The notes under the pieces were generated by a model. The model was given only the letters and a program-made list of their open reading frames with translations. It was not told where the DNA came from and did no database searches. A stretch of DNA of 64,000 nt, taken from contig OZ037767.1 in assembly GCA_964035545.1 (NCBI GenBank), positions 26,862,628 through 26,926,627 of the forward strand, read 5' to 3'. Made by a program: the position numbers and the translations under genes. Source of the DNA: Bugula neritina. Its lineage: Eukaryota > Animalia > Bryozoa. Shown in pieces: positions 56,701-64,000 of the stretch. Positions within the stretch are counted from its first letter, which is position 1. Each line of letters begins with the position of its first letter.

Positions 56701-58788
56701 GATCTCTGCTGTTCCTGCAGTACATGAAACATTTCGCGTGGAGTTTCTCAAACTAACCAAACACTGACACGTGTAGACAACTCTAGTCTACACATTGCAC
56801 ATGACAGAACATGCAGTATGCTGCAGTATAAATTGATGGCATAATACTTTGCAAGAACCATGTATAATTACTTTGCAATATAAGTACTATATTGTTATTT
56901 TAAACACTTCTTTACCAAAATAAGAAAAAGTCAACATGGTGGACTAGTTTCACAGAATAAAAACTGCAAACTGGCTGCTTACTTCTTCAAGTTTAATCAA
57001 AGCGGTCTCCAGATCCATCGAGTGATCATGTTCAACAGCTCTGAGCTTAGCCTCAGTGTTCTCAAGTCTAGACTGCAAGTTGTCAGTGGTGTCTTTGAGC
57101 TGCAACCCACACACAGTTTGATATTCACAAAGAACATAGTAGAAAGCAGATTTACTGCATCATACTACATGATGTATCCACAGAATACTATTTCAACAAC
57201 AAAACTGACACATCCTAGAAAAGAATGACTAGCTATACTATAACAAAGCTGAAAACTAACAATCTAATTTAGTAGGAGGTGGCAAACCAAGGCAAAGACT
57301 AATCTAAGTATGAACAGCACAACTCTGCAATCACTACAGAGTAGAAACATCACAACTCTGCAATCACTACAGTGTAGAAACTAGAGAACCAATGACTGAA
57401 CATAAGGAATGTGAGTCTACAGGAAAACAGATTGTAGAGTTGCTGATCTTCCATTGCACCTGGCATCAATATTAAGAATTCTAAGCTGCCGTAATAAAGC
57501 AGCATTTACTAAACTAAACAAAGGCTGTTGTAATTGTAAGCTGGTAGTTTACACAAGACCTCGTGTCACTCACTGCAAGACAAGTAGGCCTACTAACTGT
57601 CAACATAGTGAGTCTGTCAACTCATATCCTATTAGCCGATCCTAATTAGGTGCAACTGGAAAGCCAACAGCTTTATTTTAAATGTAGCTGATTACTGGCA
57701 AGGTAATAGAGTAGTATTAGCTACATACAGCAGTTGATAGAGAGAGATGTGTGCATTGTGTAACAACTAATAAGCAATCAGATGAATTGACTGGGTGCAG
57801 TGTTGCATGTGCACAGACTGACAGACAGACACACAGACAGACACATGTGTAGTGAGTAGTGTGTACAGATAGACACACAGACAGACACATGTGTAGTGAG
57901 TAGTGTGTACAGATAGACACACAGACAGACACATGTGTAGTGAGTAGTGTGTACAGACAACTACATGTGTACAAACAGTCGAGGAATAAAGACCCGGACA
58001 GCAGGTGCTGTGAAAACTTTCACTCCGTCTCTTACCGCTGCCTGGGAGCGAAGAGACTCAACTTCACCCTCCATGGCACCACATTTTTTCTTATATTGTA
58101 AAACCTGAAAGAATTATTTTCGAAAAGATGAACTCACAATATCTAGGTAAATAGGTTAACAGGACATACCATTCGCTTCACCTGATCATCTTTCTGTTGG
58201 AGAGAAAACTCCAAATCGCCACATTTTTTCTTATATTGTAGAACCTGTTTTGATTGGATAAAGATTTTTGTAATAAAAAGATATCTTCAATAAATAAGTA
58301 GAATAAACATGTAAGTACTTTATGTAGTATATCATGGGGGAGAAATTGGTAATGATTTCAAGTGTTGCTCACATTTTTTATGGCAAGGCTCATATATTAG
58401 CTAGTGATTTAGTGCTAAAACTAAACGTATCACGTAAAAGTTCATAAAAATCTGCACGCTTGATATTGAAAAAACTCAAAATAACAAAGTCGATTGACAA
58501 GATAAATATTTTGAGATATACAATACAAAAATAAATTATACCACAAAATAATACATTATAACATAATAGCCTAATATAGAGTATGATCCAATTTACCTTA
58601 GCTTGCAGCTTCTGCACCAGTTGAGCTTGTCTTTGCTGGCCATCTTGGTAAGCCTGCAACTTCCTCTTGTAGTTGGAGTGCTCCTCGTCCAACTTCTTCC
58701 TCAACTCAATGTTCTGTTGGACCAGAGACTTCTGGCCAACTTCATCACTGCTTATCTCACCGCTGGAAAGCTTCAATGCTTGCTCCAG
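41728..58788 (-). CDS. CROCC: Rootletin (ciliary rootlet coiled-coil protein), ~2000 aa, ~37 exons; start codon not identified
   Basis: Exons in transcription order: 58597-58788, [58170-58244 or 58036-58104], 56983-57099, 56544-56714, 55837-56070, 55601-55731, 54922-55104, 54621-54755, 54345-54401, 53693-53923, 53475-53589, 53061-53197, 52626-52795, 52287-52435, 51779-51982, 51428-51604, 50900-51044, 50624-50793, 50270-50449, 50017-50156, 49624-49856, 48936-49121, 48173-48417, 47681-47887, 47202-47424, 46839-47089, 46524-46698, 46221-46336, 45951-46106, 45277-45411, 44623-44768, 44292-44421, 43634-43834, 43168-43337, 42479-42679, 42027-42148, 41728-41843. Diagnostic motifs: YKRKLQAYQDGQQRQAQLVQKLQAKVLQYKKKC, LEEEQQRSASLAHVNSMLREQL, SAVQAALNKRQLQV, VDPEAVRLALRD, ERAHRQRVKGLEEQVSTLKDQL. 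Confidence 0.93.
48795..48941. repeat. ~50-bp degenerate tandem repeat overlapping a rootletin splice donor
   Basis: Three copies of GAGCAC…CTTACTGCCAA; the last copy is the real donor at 48935/6. Confidence 0.8.
51115..51341. mobile_element. Tc1/mariner (pogo/Tigger-like) MITE, ~227 bp, in a rootletin intron
   Basis: TA|CAGTGACCCCTCCGTA … TATGGAGGGAGCACTG|TA: imperfect 16-bp terminal inverted repeats (13/16) with CAGTG ends and a TA target-site duplication; no ORF. Confidence 0.75.
53189..53312. repeat. 28-bp minisatellite overlapping a rootletin splice acceptor
   Basis: About four copies of ATGTCAAyCTACAACCACATGCTTATGA; the first copy spans the exon boundary at 53197/8. Confidence 0.8.
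55274..55323. repeat. Perfect 50-bp palindrome (25-bp arms, no spacer)
   Basis: TGACATGACACATGCACGTGTGACA|TGTCACACGTGCATGTGTCATGTCA, checked base by base. Confidence 0.95.
57831..57957. repeat. 44-bp minisatellite, ~3 copies
   Basis: ACACAGACAGACACATGTGTAGTGAGTAGTGTGTACAGATAGAC repeated. Confidence 0.9.
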
Positions 58789-61700
58789 CTGCAAAATATA
58801 ACACCATAATAGATACTATACTTAGCTATGTGATATTATGTGATATAAAATGATGACTGTATTATCGTGCATTATTGGCTGTTATACAATGTAAGAATTA
58901 ATTGTAAAACTAATTATGAGAACAATTTATAATGAAACAGACTCATAGAGCTGAAGCGTAGAACACACACTACTTGTAGATTAGGTATTATGATTTAGAT
59001 GGCCCAAACAATTCATTGCATATATAATGTTTATTTGTTAGCAGTGTCACAGCTAAACTGCATTTATTTCGTGTGTTATGCTTTAGTAATAGAATGCTTC
59101 CAGTAGCAATGGGCGTCTGCTGTGTGCAGATTTAGGTATAGAAGAGGAAGTTTGCCCGTGAATTGAGGTCAGCGTCTACGTGTATAGCCTGCTGCCGGTA
59201 ACTTGCAACTTGACACAGTTGTGTGTGTACAAAAGATTTAGTTAAGTGTATTGGTGATTAAAATAATGGTATTTGATTTAGCCTTTTGAATTGTTTGATT
59301 GAGCTTGCACTGTATTGTTGGAAAATGTTTATTTAAGCTAAGAAATCATATATTTTAAATTATAATACATTCGTGACCTTTAAGGCTGCCAACTGCAAGG
59401 TTAATTATCAAATAAAATACCATATATTATCTCTTACACCTCCTTCAAACTTACACCAAGTACTAATTACCCTACCACCCTATCAATATGGCCTTTGCAT
59501 TAATTAAACAACTCTTGGCTTTAATTTAAATATAAAAGAGGAAATATTAGCAAATGAGGACATTTAAAAAAATAAAACTATGCACCTAATATCTATTATC
59601 ACATATTAGCCCAGGGAAACTATCAATCGATCATAGACCTATGTAATACTCATTGTATTTCTGCATATTTCCTGCCCCATAAGGCACTTTACACTTATTT
59701 CAAATAAAAGAATGTAGATATAAGAAAATTCCCAAGTGGAAAAAACTTTTATTTGTCACTATAGGAACTTTTCACAAGTCAAGATGCACTTTTTAATAAA
59801 ATATATGTGGTAGAATTTTATTGTTTTATGCACCTATTTCAATAGGAGAAGAGACTGAATAAAAAGGCAATAATTATCAGAAATATGGCTGCGGGTATTA
59901 AAATGCAATTATACCAACAGAAATATTTATGAGAGACAAAACAAAGCTAAACTGTGGGGAAAAGGCAATGGCCCTCCCCACATTCAGTAGTGTAAACCTG
60001 CTTTGTAAGAATGTATAGACTAATTTTAGAAAAGGGCTAACACCCTTGATGGCTGATGCTTGAAAGTTAAACCCAAAACACTTTACACATAAATATTTAA
60101 GTAAATATTTCATTGTCCTCTAGCAATATCTATTCTATAGCAATTCAAACTAATATTTAAAAGCACAGCAAACAATTCCCTTGAGTCAACAAAATATTTC
60201 ACTTCACAGTACACATATATTGATTAGAATTGTTGTATAACTTTACACCCAAATTTGGATATTGCATAAGCATATTGTTATTTGTTGCAAATGTGCAAAA
60301 ATGATGATCCTTCAATTGTAAAAAAGTGATACAATTTTTTTTTAAAAACTTACTTTAGAACTCTGTAAGTCTTCATAATTGTCAGTGAAACTCATTGCTG
60401 TTGGATGAATAAGAAGGTGGTTATATCCTAAACATGTATACCATGCGGCGTGTATGCAGTGTGTGAGTCTGTGCTAGATGTACGAACTGAAATCAACTAC
60501 TACCCTCTTGTGAGACGTTTGCTGTGTGGAAACAGGTGAGACAGACGCTGATGTAGCTACCCAATTGAATCCAAGGACGCCATTTGCTGGGTGATATGCT
60601 GTGCATTGTTTACTTTGTATTTATTAGTTTCCCTATTGTGACTGGTTGTATATTGAAGTACAATGGGGGCATTGGTTAAGAGAACACTTGAAGATAGGTT
60701 AGATTTGTATTGACAAACTCATATTACTGGCCCACACAAAGGCCTGATAGTCTCAAGTAATGTTACATTCTGTTATATAAACTAAAGTGGTAAAAGAGCT
60801 TCAAATTCTAATTATTAGCCTTGGTTCTCAAAAAGGTTTTATATTTCTAGTGCAAATGAACTTGAGAAGATGCGAAGATTGAATTGATTGAAAATTCTTT
60901 GTAATTATGTAAGAATTGTGTGTATTTGCAGAAACAGGTTAATAATGTACAAATTGCTTTAAGCAAGTATGTAAAAGTAGAGTTTGCCAACTGAATCATA
61001 GATTAATGCTGCAAAAAAGGAAATTTATTTTGGATGTTTATTTTTGTGCATGTTGCATTTTAAATAATTTGAATTCCATTGCATGTTGTCAGTAGGTTTG
61101 GTGATAAAACCTTTAAAAACATATAAAATATATGTGTTTTTAAAGAGCCAAAAACCTAATTTGATATACCAACTTTTTACTAGACACATTTGAGCCATAT
61201 TAGCTGTCAAATATCAAGTGCACCAACTAAAGGTAAATCAGGTTTATCTCTTACACAACTCAAGTACCAACTACGTTGCATCACGACCACAAGGAGTGTT
61301 GTCGCGCTACCAGGACTACGTTGTACCAACATCGTCTGGCGCTATAACCTTATCTGTAACTCAGCATAAATCTAACAACTTTACTTCTCAAATCTAGATA
61401 AGATGAGATTTGTGTTACCACGTCAATATCAGCTAATGTACCCGGTGTCGTAAATTGATAACTGAATGCATACGAATTCAGTTTTATTATTTAGCAACAC
61501 ATTTTGAGAATATCAAAATACCTATGTGTCTTAGTTCACATTGTCTAGTATCGGGTAATTAAATATTTGATGTTCTAACGTGTCCCACATTACGTTTTAT
61601 TTTTTGTTCATGAGGTTGTGAATTGAGAAACTAAAGCCGGCCGGTATTCATGTTAACGTGCTTAAAGCCTACTGGTAATTGTGTAATGGCAATCATGTAG

Positions 61701-64000
61701 AATTATTAAAGAATAATTAGTTAGGCAAAGTAATGAGCCATAAGAATTTTTATAGAAATGGCATAGAGTAATCAATTATTGGAGTATTGCAGGCATCAAT
61801 ACTATAAAACAACAGATAGACAAATAATATACTCAACTGGCACATAGCATTCATTATATTACTTTTTACTAATCTTAACATATTGGAATGTCAAACTACA
61901 GGCATATTATAAGCACCATTTATATAGCTTTGTGCTCAGCCATCGATTAATATTAACACAACACTGAATATGCTGACTTTTACTGAGTGCTGCTTAGCCC
62001 TGAAACTTAAAAATTAATCAATGAATCAATCAATATGCATTGTGGTGTGCATGGCGTCCCTTTAATATGGTATTTTATATATTTACAGACTACAACTTGC
62101 ATTACCAAGTAAATTTTGTCAAATAGAAAAACTAGTTTTTACTAATCAGACGCAACAAAAACTTCTATCAAAAGTATGCATGCCGTATATTTACCACATT
62201 ATTGTAAATTTGCAAGAATTTAATTACATGACTTTCTCAGTCTATCAACTCATAGTCAATTTACTATTACAGAATTTGCATAGACTTTGACTCTATAAAT
62301 ATAAAACCTCAACTTAAATGAGTTGTTTATAAATTTGGGGAGTATTTCACACAATGTTGTAGTAATATTGAGAAAAGTTATAGTTTTCATGAGATGCCCA
62401 AAGCTGAACTATAGAATCACTTAGGAATAATATAATTATTCCCTGTCTGAACTATACAAGCTCTCTTGAGTTACTCTATAATAATAATAATTGTACTCTG
62501 ATTTATTAATTATTATTTTCAATAATGAGTTTTACTTTGCAGTGAAACATGAGAGGAACCATGTCTTTTAACACTCAATGAGCTCTGTAAGAGTTTTAAT
62601 TGCGAAATAAATTGATACTAGGTGAGAGAGCATTTGATTTATAAAGATCTATTAGTTGTTGCCAGCTCAACGCAAACAGTTTACAAGTTGCTATGTACTT
62701 CATGTTCTTTACTCAATTTGCAATTTAATGATATTAATTTGTAATGAAATATAATGTACATTTTATGTAGATAACGAGTGCATATAAATACTCACAGCCT
62801 AAAGATTAAATTAGTTCGGGCAAGAGCTATTCAATAAATTAGTAAATGTATTGCATTTTATCTTGAGACATTTCAACAATTCTTCAACTTCAAATAATTC
62901 TAATTGCTATACTAATATCAATGTACTACACAAAGTTGAAGTAAATGCTATTGTGTTTGGAGAACTGCTGTATATGACTACATGCATATTGTTACATCAG
63001 CTATAAGAGAGGAGTGTAGCCGAAAACATTTTAGAGTTGTATTACCTTTTTGCTATATCTAAAAAACAGCTTCAACTGTATAACATCAAGCGCATACCTT
63101 TTGTTCAAATAAGAAATTTAAAATGCTGTGCAGAAAAATCATGAAAAATTTAAATTGCTCAACGTATATTAATGAAAACTCAAAGAAAAATTAATTGATT
63201 GCCAAAACAAAATAATATTCAGCATATTTTTACAATATCTAGTTGTTTATAATTTAACATTATTGATGAAAAATAAACCCTATTGCTAAAAAATAATGAT
63301 TTACTAGTATAGAAAACCCAATAACTATTTAGGGCTATTTTGCTAAAGATTCTGCATGGGTGCAGGAATACCTAAACTTAAGCTGGTGTTTCATAACCCT
63401 TACATTCACTCTTCACGAATATGACCACGATTAGCTAGAGTGGTAGGGGTGTGGGCCTATTGAAGTGTATATAACTAGTGTACGTAATGTCATATATAAA
63501 AGTATAAACAACATTGCTAAGCTACCAAAAACACTACTCAGATGGCATTTTAAGGACCCTTTCTGAAATACAATTCCCAATAGCTTGATGTGAAACTGTT
63601 TTCTCTCATTGTTTTCATTTGTTAATATACTGCCAGGGTTAACAATTGATATCCCAAGCAGCCTTCTCCGCTGCTGTTGTTTTATCATTAACTAAATAGT
63701 TATTTTAGGATTAAACCGGCTGATCGGTTTCTTTCAACACGGCAGCATAATGTAAGACTTGGCAGTTATAAAGATTGCTGCTGCCTCTATGACCTATATA
63801 GCTGATGTAATGTATTGCTTCACCATATTCTTTCTTGTGCTATATTTCTATTACAGTAGTCATGGAAATAACAAGTTTTATCCATAACTTGCTGCCAAAT
63901 TTTTAGTTTTCTGTCAGCAATGCTTTATCCAATTAGTATATAAAAAAAGTTACCATTAAATTGACATAAACTGCTTGTATTTGTTATAAACATTATCGTA

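Noticed and set aside
57717-57974. Cys/His-rich ORFs suggesting a metal-binding peptide
   Set aside because: They are translations of the 44-bp minisatellite.
42419-58809. Numerous + strand ORFs (Ser/Leu/Phe-rich) in the ORF track
   Set aside because: Antisense shadows of the E/K/Q/R-rich rootletin exons.
60430-61355. Candidate first coding exons of rootletin (ATG|GTATAC at ~60442; ORF in ~61256-61353)
   Set aside because: No homology support, and the second candidate has internal repeats suggesting a mobile-element fragment; start left unresolved.
61425-61565. Helitron-like terminus (AGCTAATGTACCCGGTGTCG…CGGGTAATTAAA)
   Set aside because: Too degenerate; no clear paired 3' hairpin plus CTAG end.

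Overview
AT-rich, intron-rich animal genomic DNA, probably from a compact-genome invertebrate (the species cannot be determined from sequence alone). Six spliced protein-coding genes were assembled by hand: (1) + strand, 631-13839: a NEK9/NEK8-family kinase of 25 exons (~1319 aa) with the unusual architecture DUF4347-like domain / kinase / RCC1 repeats / NEK9-type NEK6/7-binding motif / coiled coil / C-terminal CaaX (…SSKICLLQ*); (2) - strand: a three-finger C2H2 zinc-finger gene; (3) + strand: a Golgi alpha-1,2-mannosidase (GH47, MAN1A type); (4) + strand: SAP18; (5) - strand: a SOBP homolog; (6) - strand: rootletin/CROCC, ~37 exons, 5' end unresolved. Introns also hold a tRNA-derived SINE, a Tc1/mariner-type MITE, microsatellites, minisatellites and a perfect 50-bp palindrome. 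The most notable observations are: a predicted farnesylated NEK kinase whose C-terminus matches the high-affinity PDE6D ciliary-sorting pattern and which carries a DUF4347-like N-terminus; a triplicated AG|GTAA junction at the last SAP18 acceptor that resembles recursive-splicing ratchet points; and a tandem-duplicated, probably mutually exclusive exon pair in rootletin. All gene models come from reading frames, splice consensus and remembered family motifs; no database searches were run.
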